A program made the position numbers and the translations under genes. The notes beneath the pieces are model-generated. The model had not been told where the DNA came from. It saw nothing but the letters and a program-made list of their open reading frames with translations, and ran no database searches. A stretch of 64,000 bases of DNA from Planctomycetota bacterium (GTDB lineage: Bacteria > Planctomycetota > Brocadiia > JAADGH01). Where the stretch lies: positions 2,271 through 66,270 of the forward strand of contig JAADGH010000213.1 of assembly GCA_013152475.1 (NCBI GenBank), in the 5' to 3' direction. Positions 35,352-44,610 of the stretch are shown here, piece after piece. Position 1 is the stretch's first letter. Each line of letters opens with the position of its first letter.

Positions 35352-36413
35352 ATGTTCATCGAGATGGTGACAAAGAACCTGGAAACGAAGGCGATGGCGC
35401 TGATGATCGCCGTTGCACTGTGGTACTATGCGCTCAACGAGCATTCCGGCAAATGGTCGTGCTATGTGCCGGTGGTGGTTGAGGCCGATGACGATGTCGC
35501 CATTCTGAACGAACCGCAGGAGTCGATCTATGCCACGTTTAAGGGGCCGGAGAAACTCATTCGTGACCTGAAACAGGAGCACCAAAGTGGAAACGTGAAA
35601 GCCGTCTGCCGGATCGAGGTTGGCGCCGACTCGACGCTCACGGAGAGAGAATTTAAGATACAGTTCAAAGATGCCCGGGATTTTACGGGCGTGCCGGAGG
35701 GGGTGTGGCTCGACTCGGTTCCGTCGCCGGAGTACATCCAGATCATCGCCATGCGTCACAGTGCGAGGAGCCTGCCCGTTAAGCTGCAAACCGAGGGCAA
35801 TGTGCCGCCGGGGTATGAGATCGTTCCCAACAGCGAGGCCATCTTTCCGGCCGAGGTCACGGTGAAGGGGCCGAAGAAGGCCCTCGATGCGGCCAAGTTC
35901 GTCTATACGAAGCCCTTCCGTATCTCGGAATGGCCTACGCTTGGGGGGGAAAAAGTCAGCATTAACGATACCATTGGGCTGGAACAAGTCCTTCGCGTTC
36001 AGACGCCTAATGGCGAAAAGACCTACCCCGTAACGTGCGAGGGGACGGTGCAGTTTTGGATCGATCTGGTGCGAAAACGGGAGGAAATCACGATCAGCAA
36101 GATCCCGCTCAAGGTCCTGCAACCCCCGGGTTTTCCATACGCCGCCCGGCCCGTGGAGGAGCGCATCGAGATCAAGGTGCGGGGGCCGAAAGCCATGCTG
36201 ACCAAGTTGAACAATAAGAATGTGACGGCCTATGTGGATGTCAGCGGGTTGCAGCCGACCAAGGCGCCGCACAACCTATCCATTGGTTATGTCCTGCCCG
36301 TCGAGGTCCAGGGCAAGGTGGAGGTGACGGTGAATCCCGCGAAGACAGGCGTGGATGTGCTGGCGCCGCCGAAGCCGCCAAAGACCAAGGAGAAGCCGCC
36401 GGCAAAACAGTGA
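35352..36413 (+). CDS. cdaR: YbbR-domain protein (CdaR-like regulator of CdaA)
   Basis: ATG 2 nt after the cdaA stop. N-terminal TM helix, then repeated YbbR-like beta-rich modules. Position is directly downstream of cdaA. Confidence 0.78.
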   Translation: MFIEMVTKNLETKAMALMIAVALWYYALNEHSGKWSCYVPVVVEADDDVAILNEPQESIYATFKGPEKLIRDLKQEHQSGNVKAVCRIEVGADSTLTEREFKIQFKDARDFTGVPEGVWLDSVPSPEYIQIIAMRHSARSLPVKLQTEGNVPPGYEIVPNSEAIFPAEVTVKGPKKALDAAKFVYTKPFRISEWPTLGGEKVSINDTIGLEQVLRVQTPNGEKTYPVTCEGTVQFWIDLVRKREEITISKIPLKVLQPPGFPYAARPVEERIEIKVRGPKAMLTKLNNKNVTAYVDVSGLQPTKAPHNLSIGYVLPVEVQGKVEVTVNPAKTGVDVLAPPKPPKTKEKPPAKQ

Positions 36414-36451
36414 ATGGCGGAGCAAGATACAGAGGAGGGAGACGGACAGCC

Positions 36452-37177
36452 ATGACGGAACTTGGTGTCAACATTGACCACGTCGCGACGGTGCGGCAGG
36501 CCCGAAGGACGTTCGAGCCGGACCCGGTGGGGGCAGCCTTTGCCGCCGACCGAGGGGGGGCCGATGGCATCACCATCCACCTGAGAGAGGATCGGCGCCA
36601 CATCCAGGATCGCGACTTGGAGCTCCTCCGTAAGGTCGTGTTTACCAAACTCAATCTCGAGATGGCCACATCCGAGGAGATCATCCGGATCGCCCTCCGG
36701 ACTGTGCCGGACCAGATCACCCTGGTGCCGGAGAAGCGCCAGGAGGTGACCACCGAGGGCGGGCTCGACGTCAAGTCACAGGTCAAGAAACTGGCCAAGG
36801 TCGTATCGCGCCTTCAGAAGAAAGGGATCGTGGTGAGCCTGTTCATCGATCCTGAATCGGAACAGATCGAGGCAAGCCGCGACGCGGGCGCCGACGCCAT
36901 CGAGCTCCACACCGGGGAATATGCGAACGCGCCGAGGGCAAAGAGGCAAATGGCCGAGCTGAACCGCCTGGTTCGCGGCGCCGACAAGGCCCGAGACATC
37001 GGACTCATCGTCAATGCGGGGCACGGATTAACCTACAAGAATGTGGGCCCCATCATCCGGGAGCTGCGGGCGGCCGAGCTGAACATCGGCCACAGCATCA
37101 TCGCCCGGGCTATTTTTGTGGGTCTGGAGGAGGCGGTGCGACAGATGAAGGAACTCATCGTCCAATATTCCACATGA
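36452..37177 (+). CDS. pdxJ: pyridoxine 5'-phosphate synthase
   Basis: [18 protein letters not shown]... matches the PdxJ N-terminus, followed by [12 protein letters not shown] and TLVPE blocks. The longer GTG start at 36410 is less likely. Confidence 0.93.
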   Translation: MTELGVNIDHVATVRQARRTFEPDPVGAAFAADRGGADGITIHLREDRRHIQDRDLELLRKVVFTKLNLEMATSEEIIRIALRTVPDQITLVPEKRQEVTTEGGLDVKSQVKKLAKVVSRLQKKGIVVSLFIDPESEQIEASRDAGADAIELHTGEYANAPRAKRQMAELNRLVRGADKARDIGLIVNAGHGLTYKNVGPIIRELRAAELNIGHSIIARAIFVGLEEAVRQMKELIVQYST

Positions 37178-37204
37178 ACTCGATCACAGGAGGAGACCGA
37201 ATCC

Positions 37205-38089
37205 ATGTTTCACGGATGCATTGTTGCTCTCGTTACACCGTTCCGAAGCAATGGCGACGTTGATTTCAAGAGGCTCGATGAGCTGATTGATTTCCATCTG
37301 GCGCAGGGAACGGATGCCATCTCCCCGTGCGGCACAACCGGCGAGTCGCCCACCCTGTCGCACGCAGAGCATGAGGCCGTCATCGAGGGCGTTGTTAAGC
37401 GAGTGCGCGGGCGGGTGCCGGTGATCGCGGGGACGGGGTCGAATTCGACGAGCGAGGCCATCCGCCTCACCCGGTTTGCCGAGAAGGTCGGCGCCGACGG
37501 GGCCCTGCTCGTGTCGCCGTACTATAACAAACCCGAGCCCGAAGGGATGTACCAGCATTACGCGGCCATCGCGAGAGCGGTGGGCATTCCGTTGGTTTTG
37601 TATAACGTGCCCGGCCGTACAGGACGGGCCATCGAGCCGACGACCGTCGCCAAGTTGTCCACGATCAAGAACATCGTGGCGGTCAAGGACGCCAGCGGGG
37701 ACCTCGACGTAGCGAGCGAGATCCGGTCGCTTTGCGATATTACCATCCTGTCGGGCGATGACTCCCGTACGCTGCCGCTGATGGCCGTGGGCGGCAAGGG
37801 CGTGATCTCCGTGGTTGCGAATATCGTTCCGCGAGACGTCAAGAAGATGATCGCCGCGTTCGACAGGGGCGACACCGCCGGCGCGGAGAGGGTGCACCGA
37901 AGGCTCTTTCCCCTCTGCAAGGCGATGTTCTACGAGTCGAATCCCATTCCTGTGAAAACGGCCATGAAGATGCTGGGCCGCCTGAACGGTGTGATGCGTC
38001 TGCCGTTGAGCAAGATGAGCGCCGGGAAGGCGCGGATGCTTCGCGGCGAGTTAAAGAAGTACGGTCTGATGAAGGGAACCAAGCGCTGA
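37205..38089 (+). CDS. dapA: 4-hydroxy-tetrahydrodipicolinate synthase
   Basis: AGGAGGAG RBS. Has the G.IVALVTPF, GTTGES.TLS..EH and YNVP.RT motifs. Confidence 0.94.
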   Translation: MFHGCIVALVTPFRSNGDVDFKRLDELIDFHLAQGTDAISPCGTTGESPTLSHAEHEAVIEGVVKRVRGRVPVIAGTGSNSTSEAIRLTRFAEKVGADGALLVSPYYNKPEPEGMYQHYAAIARAVGIPLVLYNVPGRTGRAIEPTTVAKLSTIKNIVAVKDASGDLDVASEIRSLCDITILSGDDSRTLPLMAVGGKGVISVVANIVPRDVKKMIAAFDRGDTAGAERVHRRLFPLCKAMFYESNPIPVKTAMKMLGRLNGVMRLPLSKMSAGKARMLRGELKKYGLMKGTKR

Positions 38090-38649
38090 TGGATCGGGAG
38101 AAGATGGAAAGAGCGGTGCGCCTGATGCTCGAAGGGATGGGGGAGGACCCCGATCGCCCCGGGTTGCGCGCCACCCCGGCGCGAGTGGCGCGCATGTACG
38201 AGGAAATCTTTTCGGGCATTGGGGAAGACGCCTGCGAGGTCCTGAAGGTCCTGCACTCGGAGAACCACGACGAGATCGTTCTCGTGAAGGATATCCCGTT
38301 CTACTCGGTTTGCGAGCATCACATGCTGCCCTTCCTCGGCGTGGCCCACGTGGCGTACATTCCGCAGGAGGCCCGAATTACCGGCATCAGCAAGCTTGCC
38401 CGGGTGGTGAAGTTGGAGTCGCAGCAGCTCCAGGTGCAAGAGCGGCTGACGACGGCGGTTGCCGAAGACATCATGAAGGTGCTGAAGCCGAAAGGGGTCA
38501 TGGTGGTGATGGAGGCCGAGCACCTGTGCATGACGATGCGAGGCGTTAAGGCCCCGGGAAGCAGGACGGTCACGTCTGTCGTCCGTGGCATCTTCCGAGA
38601 GAACCCCGCCACTCGCGCCGAGACCATGGCGCTCATCAGGAGCTCCTGA
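38089..38649 (+). CDS. folE: GTP cyclohydrolase I (FolE type 1)
   Basis: TGATG overlap with dapA. Has the F.S.CEHHMLPF..GVAHVAYIP and KLARVV motifs. Confidence 0.94.
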   Translation: MDREKMERAVRLMLEGMGEDPDRPGLRATPARVARMYEEIFSGIGEDACEVLKVLHSENHDEIVLVKDIPFYSVCEHHMLPFLGVAHVAYIPQEARITGISKLARVVKLESQQLQVQERLTTAVAEDIMKVLKPKGVMVVMEAEHLCMTMRGVKAPGSRTVTSVVRGIFRENPATRAETMALIRSS

Positions 38650-38662
38650 GCGGAGGCATGCT

Positions 38663-39451
38663 GTGCTGATCGAGGAACGATACGCGCGACAACTTTCCCT
38701 GCCGGAGATCGGCCCGGAAGGACAGAAGAAGATCTGCGGGGCGTCCGTGCTGTGCGTGGGCGTTGGGGGGCGGGGCAGCGCCGCGATCCAGTACCTTGGC
38801 GCTGCGGGTGTGGGGCGGCTGGGGCTGGTGGACAGGGAGACGGTGGCGATTACAGACCTTCAGCGCCAAGTCGTGCACACCATGACACATCTGGGCGCGC
38901 CCAAGGTCTTTTCGGCCGAGCACGCCCTGCGGGAACGCAACCCGGAGCTTCGCATCGAGGGCTATCCGGTGGATATGTCCGCCGAAAATGCCATCGACAT
39001 CCTATCGCGATACGATGTGGTGCTGGACTGCTCGGACAACTTCGAGACGCGCTTCCTGGTCAACGACGCATGCTTTTTTGCCCAACGTCCTCTGGTTTCC
39101 GGCAGTGTGTTTCAATGGGGGGGACAGGTGACTACATTTCTCCGCGTGGACAACGGGCCGTGCTACCGATGCATGTTTGCCGAGGGCGCGCAGGACGATG
39201 TTCTGCCGCCGGAGGAAGAGGCCGGTGTGTGTGGCGTCGCCTCCGGTGTCATTGGCCTTCTCCAGGCGGGCGAGGCCCTGAAGCTGATCCTGGGCGTGGG
39301 ACATATCCTACACGGACGGCTGCTGATCTTCGACTCTCTGGCCACGTCCTTCCGAACGGTTCATGTGCGGAAGGACCCCGACTGCGCGCTGTGCGGCATT
39401 CAGCCTACCATCACTGGAGTAGGCGAAGCGAGTGAGGCCTTACCGGTCTGA
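38663..39451 (+). CDS. moeB: HesA/MoeB/ThiF family adenylyltransferase
   Basis: In-frame GTG at 38663 (GGAGG 6 nt upstream). Has RY.RQ, the GVGG.GS nucleotide loop, CSDNFETRFLVNDAC and the cysteine pairs CYRC ... CALC. Confidence 0.85.
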   Translation: MLIEERYARQLSLPEIGPEGQKKICGASVLCVGVGGRGSAAIQYLGAAGVGRLGLVDRETVAITDLQRQVVHTMTHLGAPKVFSAEHALRERNPELRIEGYPVDMSAENAIDILSRYDVVLDCSDNFETRFLVNDACFFAQRPLVSGSVFQWGGQVTTFLRVDNGPCYRCMFAEGAQDDVLPPEEEAGVCGVASGVIGLLQAGEALKLILGVGHILHGRLLIFDSLATSFRTVHVRKDPDCALCGIQPTITGVGEASEALPV

Positions 39452-40750
39452 ACCCTCGGCGACTTTCGCTTCCGCCTCTGCCACTGCCTCCTTATATCGT
39501 CCATTGTCAGGGTCGAGATGGGCGGCCTCTCGATAGGCGGCGAGGGCCTGTTTGCTCTGCCCGTTCGCCAGGTGCGCTGATCCCAGGGCATGGTAGGCAA
39601 GGGCCTGGTCCGGGAAGACACGTACCACGTGGTCTGCGGCCTTGACGGCCTTCTTCCTCTGTTTGGTCTGAATGTAGAAGTCGATCAGGCGTAGATGGTA
39701 GTAGATGCTATGCGGGTTCAGGTCAATGCCTTTCTGGAATTCCTCCTCGGCGGCGTTCAGATCGCCCTTCCGGTGAAACAGGTCGCCGAGCAGCATGTGC
39801 GCGGCGTGATCGGAGGGCCTCTCTTTGACGAGTTCCCCGGCGATCTGCACTGCCTCATCCGTCTTGCCTCCGCTTCGCAGCGAGACCGCCAGCTCGCGCC
39901 GGAGGATGTAGCTCTTTGGGGTTTTCTTCAGCCAGCGCCGCAGGAAGAACACGGCCATCAGGTGTTGTCGCATGTGGTTAAGCAGTGTGGCCAGTTGTTG
40001 CTTCGTGTTGTCGGGTGCGTCGGTGGCCTGCCGGCACAGAGAGATGCACTCGCGCAGGGCCGCCGAGTGCTCTTTCTTTTCACGAAGGAAGCGAACGGAC
40101 GCGATTCGGAGCGCCCAATCGTCCCCGGCAAAGCGGCGGAGTTCATAGGCGCTGTGGGTGAAGGTCCAGATGGCATCGAATACGGCGGGCAGACGCGTCG
40201 GGTCAAGCTCGACGGCGCGGCGGAAGGGGGAGATCCATTGCTGGTTGCCTCCTCGTTTCAGGTGTTGCCGGCCCACCTGTTCGTGGAAATTTGCGTTGCA
40301 GGGGGCAAGCTTCAGGGCTTGATCATATGCCTTCTCGGCCTGGCCCGGATCGCCTTTCAGCAGGTTGCAGTTCCCGAGCTCGAAGTAGCCGGCGGCGTTG
40401 GTGGGTTCGGCCTTCAGCGCGGCCTGGAGATGGTCCTCAGCCTGTTTTAGGAGGGTATGGTTGGCCTTGAGATCGGCCTCGGCGGCGCGCATGGATTCAC
40501 GGGCGGCGGCGCGATGGTAGAGCGCGTTGCCGGGGGCCAGGCGAATGGCCCGATTTAGCAGCTCCCATCGGGCGTCGGAAGCGTCCGGGGTGTTGGATGC
40601 CGCAATGTAGGATCGATACGCGACGTATCCCTTTACAGCGCTGAGAGTTACGGCCGCCGCTACGAACGTGGCGAGGAGGATGGGAAGCCTTGTTTTCAGA
40701 CGGGCGAGGCGCATTGCACGTGTACTTGTTCCTGGCGAAATTGTTGCCAC
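39440..40750 (-). CDS. membrane-anchored tetratricopeptide-repeat protein
   Basis: N-terminal TM helix LPILLATFVAAAVTLSAV, then multiple TPR units (A...Y..AL.L.P.N). The 3' end overlaps the moeB 3' end by 12 nt. Confidence 0.75.
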   Translation of the reverse strand: MATISPGTSTRAMRLARLKTRLPILLATFVAAAVTLSAVKGYVAYRSYIAASNTPDASDARWELLNRAIRLAPGNALYHRAAARESMRAAEADLKANHTLLKQAEDHLQAALKAEPTNAAGYFELGNCNLLKGDPGQAEKAYDQALKLAPCNANFHEQVGRQHLKRGGNQQWISPFRRAVELDPTRLPAVFDAIWTFTHSAYELRRFAGDDWALRIASVRFLREKKEHSAALRECISLCRQATDAPDNTKQQLATLLNHMRQHLMAVFFLRRWLKKTPKSYILRRELAVSLRSGGKTDEAVQIAGELVKERPSDHAAHMLLGDLFHRKGDLNAAEEEFQKGIDLNPHSIYYHLRLIDFYIQTKQRKKAVKAADHVVRVFPDQALAYHALGSAHLANGQSKQALAAYREAAHLDPDNGRYKEAVAEAEAKVAEGSDR

Positions 40751-40871
40751 AGCATCATGCTAACATGGCCAAGAGGGTCGTGCAACTGGTTTCTCGGGTC
40801 TGGCGGGGCGCAGAGGTGGGATGTGCTGCACATCGTTGGACGACAAAATGGCTAAATGTGCCATTTCAGGC

Positions 40872-40900
40872 TTGACAAGTGGGGCACACCGTGGTTCAAT
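40872..40900 (+). promoter_or_regulatory. possible promoter of the FecR-domain/EPS gene set
   Basis: TTGACA (40872-40877)-N17-TTCAAT (40895-40900). Confidence 0.3.
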
Positions 40901-41030
40901 AAAAGGGCGGATTTGTGGGGAGAGTACACATCTGCAACACACGCATAAGGGGATAGATCACGTTCGGTCTGTCCGCCAGTAATGCTCTGTACCCGCAGGC
41001 TGAGAAGTCGCCGACACGGCGTCGGGAGGT

Positions 41031-41972
41031 GTGATGATGAGAGGCCCCATTCGTTTTATGTCTGTTATGGCGGTTCTCGCATGGGCTTTCCTCGGCAGCA
41101 GCGCACAGGCGCAGAGGAGCATCGGGCGCGTTCATCGTTTTTCGGGAGAGTTCGAAATCCAACATGAGGGGCACATCCTTGTACCGGCGAAGGCCGGTCC
41201 CCTGTTCCGTAATGCGAACCTCTATTCCGGGGACACGGTGCGCACCGGCAGAGGGGCGGCGGAGCTGTTGTTCGAAGATGCGTCCATGCTGAAGATGGAC
41301 AGCCACACGGTTGTGCAGCTTGACGAGAGCAAGCTTGGTGCGGGCGAGCGGTCGGAACGGAACATCCGGGTGGTGGTGGGCCGCGTCTGGTGTAAGATCC
41401 GGCAGTCGAGCGGGAAGCAACAGACGATTTTTGAGGTGCCCGATGGGGTGGCTGCGGTCCGGGGGACTATTCTGGAGGTCTGGGTTGACGACCTGGGCAA
41501 TTGGGATATCTATGTCCACGAAGGCATGGTCGAGGTCACGGACTACCGAGTTGGCGCTATGTTTGCGATTTTCGCGGGTTGTGGGGTTGAGCTGACGCAG
41601 ATGGGCGAGAACGAAGTGGAACTGAAATGTCACGGTGCGGGCAAGGGTACGGTGAAGGGCATGGATGTGTTTTTCCGCGCGGCGCCCATTTACAAGCCCG
41701 ATGGAAGCGTGATGCTCGTACCGCCTATGGTAAAAGACTTCACCGACGGGGATGTGCTGCGCGTGACGCACAACCCGGATGGCACCTACGAGTTTACTGA
41801 AGTGCAAGGCAAGGTGGCGGTCTTGAAGATACGGCCTGGGGAGGATACGCTGCTGCTTCCGTGGTGGCTTGATGACCCGGTTATTCCGCGGCGGTTGGTC
41901 GGCAGTCCGGGCATCGGCCGGGCCGGCGAAGGGGGGCTGCCTCCGGCCACAGTGATCAATCCCGGCGGCTGA
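41031..41972 (+). CDS. secreted FecR-domain protein
   Basis: Signal peptide VMAVLAWAFLGSSAQAQ. FecR-like block ...LYSGDTVRTGRGAAELLFEDASMLKMDSHTVVQLDE. The true start may be the ATG at 41034 or 41037. Confidence 0.7.
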   Translation: MMMRGPIRFMSVMAVLAWAFLGSSAQAQRSIGRVHRFSGEFEIQHEGHILVPAKAGPLFRNANLYSGDTVRTGRGAAELLFEDASMLKMDSHTVVQLDESKLGAGERSERNIRVVVGRVWCKIRQSSGKQQTIFEVPDGVAAVRGTILEVWVDDLGNWDIYVHEGMVEVTDYRVGAMFAIFAGCGVELTQMGENEVELKCHGAGKGTVKGMDVFFRAAPIYKPDGSVMLVPPMVKDFTDGDVLRVTHNPDGTYEFTEVQGKVAVLKIRPGEDTLLLPWWLDDPVIPRRLVGSPGIGRAGEGGLPPATVINPGG

Positions 41973-42047
41973 TCGATTTTGTGCAAGCATTTTGGCGTTG
42001 CTTGTTTGCGTGATCGCTCTTTACCCGTGTATCCCGAAGGGAAACCG

Positions 42048-43430
42048 ATGTCACGAACGGCAAAGGTGCTTTTGACCTCTGTGCTCTTGAGCGTGGCCCT
42101 TCAACTCGGTGTGGGGATGGCGCAGGACCCGAAGGTAGGCACGACAACGCTTCACAACTTCCGACGCCGAGGCGAAGCGGCGCAGCGATTCGACGCCGGC
42201 CGCGGTCGCTCACGTCTGCCGGAAGTGGACCTCTCGCTCGAGACGCCCGCGGAGGGGGTGGAAGAGGAGGAGCCGCTCTTTCTTGAGGGCCTGGCGAAAA
42301 TGCTTCGCGTGCATGGCGGAGTGGGCTTTCAGGAGAAGTATTCGAACAACATATTTCTCCGTGCGGGCGGCGCCATTCCAGGTCGGCACACGCCGGGCGA
42401 TTTTATCCACATGATATCGCCTAGCCTACACCTCGAGACGCCGTCCAAGAGAATGCCGATCAAGGTGGATTATACTCTGGACATCATTCGCGCGGGGCAG
42501 TTCGAGCACTTCGATACCGAAGAGCACAATCTCTCTGCGGTTACGGACCTGAAAATCACCCCGAGGCTCACACTGAGGATTTCGGACGTGTTGCAGAGGG
42601 CGGGCGTGGAGCCCCGGGAACCAGATGCGACCATCGTGAATTACTATTCGAACGAGTCCGAGGCCTCGCTCACGTACAATTTCGGTGAGAGGGGGAGGGT
42701 GCAGGGCGGCTTCCGGCATGGTTTGGCGCGGTTCGATTTGCGTAGATTCAGGTCCTCAGAATACGACACCGACACTGTTTTTGTGAAGGGATATCACAGA
42801 ATACTCCCCCGCGTCGGTGTGATCGCGGAAACGAGCCATGAGTGGGTGGACAACAAAGAGTTTATGATCGACAACGAGAGAGACCGCGTTGGCGGCGGAT
42901 TGCAGTGGGATATTACGTCGAGGCTGAAGGGAAGCGCGCTTCTCGGGTATGAAATACTGCATCTGGAGTCGTCGCCGAATGACCATGGACTGTATGGCCA
43001 TGCGGAGTTGGTTTACGACTACTCGCGTCAGCTCCGGTTTGGGCTGTACGCCGACCGGTCACTACGCGAGACGACCCTGGTGGCGGAAAACGTCTCCTAT
43101 GGTCGGGCCTTTGATGACACGCAGTTGACGCTGAACTCCATTTACAAGATCACGCGCAGGATCAGCTTCCTCAGTGGTGTGTTCGCCATCATTGACGATT
43201 ACAAGACACCTCCGTACGGGGTGAAGCGGTTCCTGATCAGTTCGAACCAGGACAGCCGGGCCCGGAAGGACGACCTGTTTGGCTTCTCCCTGGGGCTGCG
43301 ATGGCAGCCGAGCCGATATGTGAGTCTCGGGGCTACGTATGAGCACCAGAAGAACCGCTCCAACATTCGCAGGCCCGATTTCGACTACGAAGAGGGCGTG
43401 TTCCTCTTGAACGCCTCGCTGGGGTTCTAA
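42048..43430 (+). CDS. putative outer-membrane beta-barrel protein (EPS-locus associated)
   Basis: ORF trimmed to MSRTAKVLLTSVLLSVALQLGVGMAQ (signal peptide, GAAGGGAA RBS). Alternating amphipathic strands. The C-terminus ...LNASLGF ends in Phe. Confidence 0.6.
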   Translation: MSRTAKVLLTSVLLSVALQLGVGMAQDPKVGTTTLHNFRRRGEAAQRFDAGRGRSRLPEVDLSLETPAEGVEEEEPLFLEGLAKMLRVHGGVGFQEKYSNNIFLRAGGAIPGRHTPGDFIHMISPSLHLETPSKRMPIKVDYTLDIIRAGQFEHFDTEEHNLSAVTDLKITPRLTLRISDVLQRAGVEPREPDATIVNYYSNESEASLTYNFGERGRVQGGFRHGLARFDLRRFRSSEYDTDTVFVKGYHRILPRVGVIAETSHEWVDNKEFMIDNERDRVGGGLQWDITSRLKGSALLGYEILHLESSPNDHGLYGHAELVYDYSRQLRFGLYADRSLRETTLVAENVSYGRAFDDTQLTLNSIYKITRRISFLSGVFAIIDDYKTPPYGVKRFLISSNQDSRARKDDLFGFSLGLRWQPSRYVSLGATYEHQKNRSNIRRPDFDYEEGVFLLNASLGF

Positions 43431-43497
43431 TCTGCGAATGGAAGCCAACGTGCAGCCTCCCGCAAAGACGTACCCCTGACTGGAAAGGAGGTTCCCC

Positions 43498-44592
43498 ATG
43501 GCACGTTCCATGTCGGCCGCATTCGCGGCGCTTGTGTGTTCCCTTCTGATTGGATCGGCCTCCTTCGGGCAGCAGGTCCAGGAATTCCGATTCGGGCCCG
43601 AGGACGGCCTCCGTATTCAGGTGTGGGATCACGATGACCTGACCCGGGAAGTCACCCTGGACCGCAACGGGGACTTCAAATTCCCTCTCATCGGTACCGT
43701 CCATGCCAAGGGGCTTACCCTCAACGAGGTGCAGAAACTTCTGACCGAGAAGCTCGCGGACGGTTACATTGTCAATCCACAGATCAATGTGGAAATCGCC
43801 GCCCATCGCAGCCGGAGCATCACCGTCATCGGCCCGGTCGAGAACCCGGGCGCCATCCAGATCACGCACAATATTACCCTCATGGATCTGCTGGCGAAGG
43901 TCAATGTGCAACAGGAAAAGGCCGACGACATTCTTCGCATCCTCCACCCCCGGCGAGAGAAAGGAATGGACGCCACCGGCGCTCTCCCCATTGAGGTGAA
44001 CTGGAAGAAGCTCATGGAGGGCCAGACAAAATACAACTATGAACTTACCGACGGCGATGTCGTCGTCTTTCGATGGAAAACCGACCGCCGCGTGTTTGTC
44101 CTCGGGGAGGTGAAGAACCCCGGCCCCGTACCGCTCAAGCCCGATATGAGAATCATGGATGCCATCGCCGGCGCGGGGGGGCCGACCGACGCGGAGGTGG
44201 AGGAGCTGATCCTCATCCAGCGGCCCACGAATTTCCCCGGCGAGAACGACCCCGGCATCCAGCGGTTGAGCTTCCCTGATGTCTGCTCAGGGAAGGTGGG
44301 AATGGACATAATCCTCGAGGACGGCAATACCCTCTTCATACCCGAGTGCGACAAGAAACTGGTCTTCGTTCATGGCTATGTGCAGAAGCCGGGGGCCTTT
44401 GAGTGGACCCCCCGCATGACCATCGAGAAGGCAATAGCCACGGCCGGTGGCCTGAGCGAATTCGGCACGTGGAAGGGTGTGCGGATTACGCGTGACAAAG
44501 GCAACCGCCACAAGACGATGAAGCGCGTGGAGTCCCGAGCGGACGAAGTGCTGCCGGGGGACATTATTTACGTGCCGGAAACATGGTTTTAA
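43498..44592 (+). CDS. polysaccharide export protein (Wza/Poly_export plus SLBB domains)
   Basis: AAGGAGG RBS and a signal peptide. Has the D.L.I.VW......V..DG.I..PLIG.V...GLT..E....L motif. Confidence 0.88.
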   Translation: MARSMSAAFAALVCSLLIGSASFGQQVQEFRFGPEDGLRIQVWDHDDLTREVTLDRNGDFKFPLIGTVHAKGLTLNEVQKLLTEKLADGYIVNPQINVEIAAHRSRSITVIGPVENPGAIQITHNITLMDLLAKVNVQQEKADDILRILHPRREKGMDATGALPIEVNWKKLMEGQTKYNYELTDGDVVVFRWKTDRRVFVLGEVKNPGPVPLKPDMRIMDAIAGAGGPTDAEVEELILIQRPTNFPGENDPGIQRLSFPDVCSGKVGMDIILEDGNTLFIPECDKKLVFVHGYVQKPGAFEWTPRMTIEKAIATAGGLSEFGTWKGVRITRDKGNRHKTMKRVESRADEVLPGDIIYVPETWF

Positions 44593-44610
44593 GCCGGGGA
44601 GCATTTCGCG

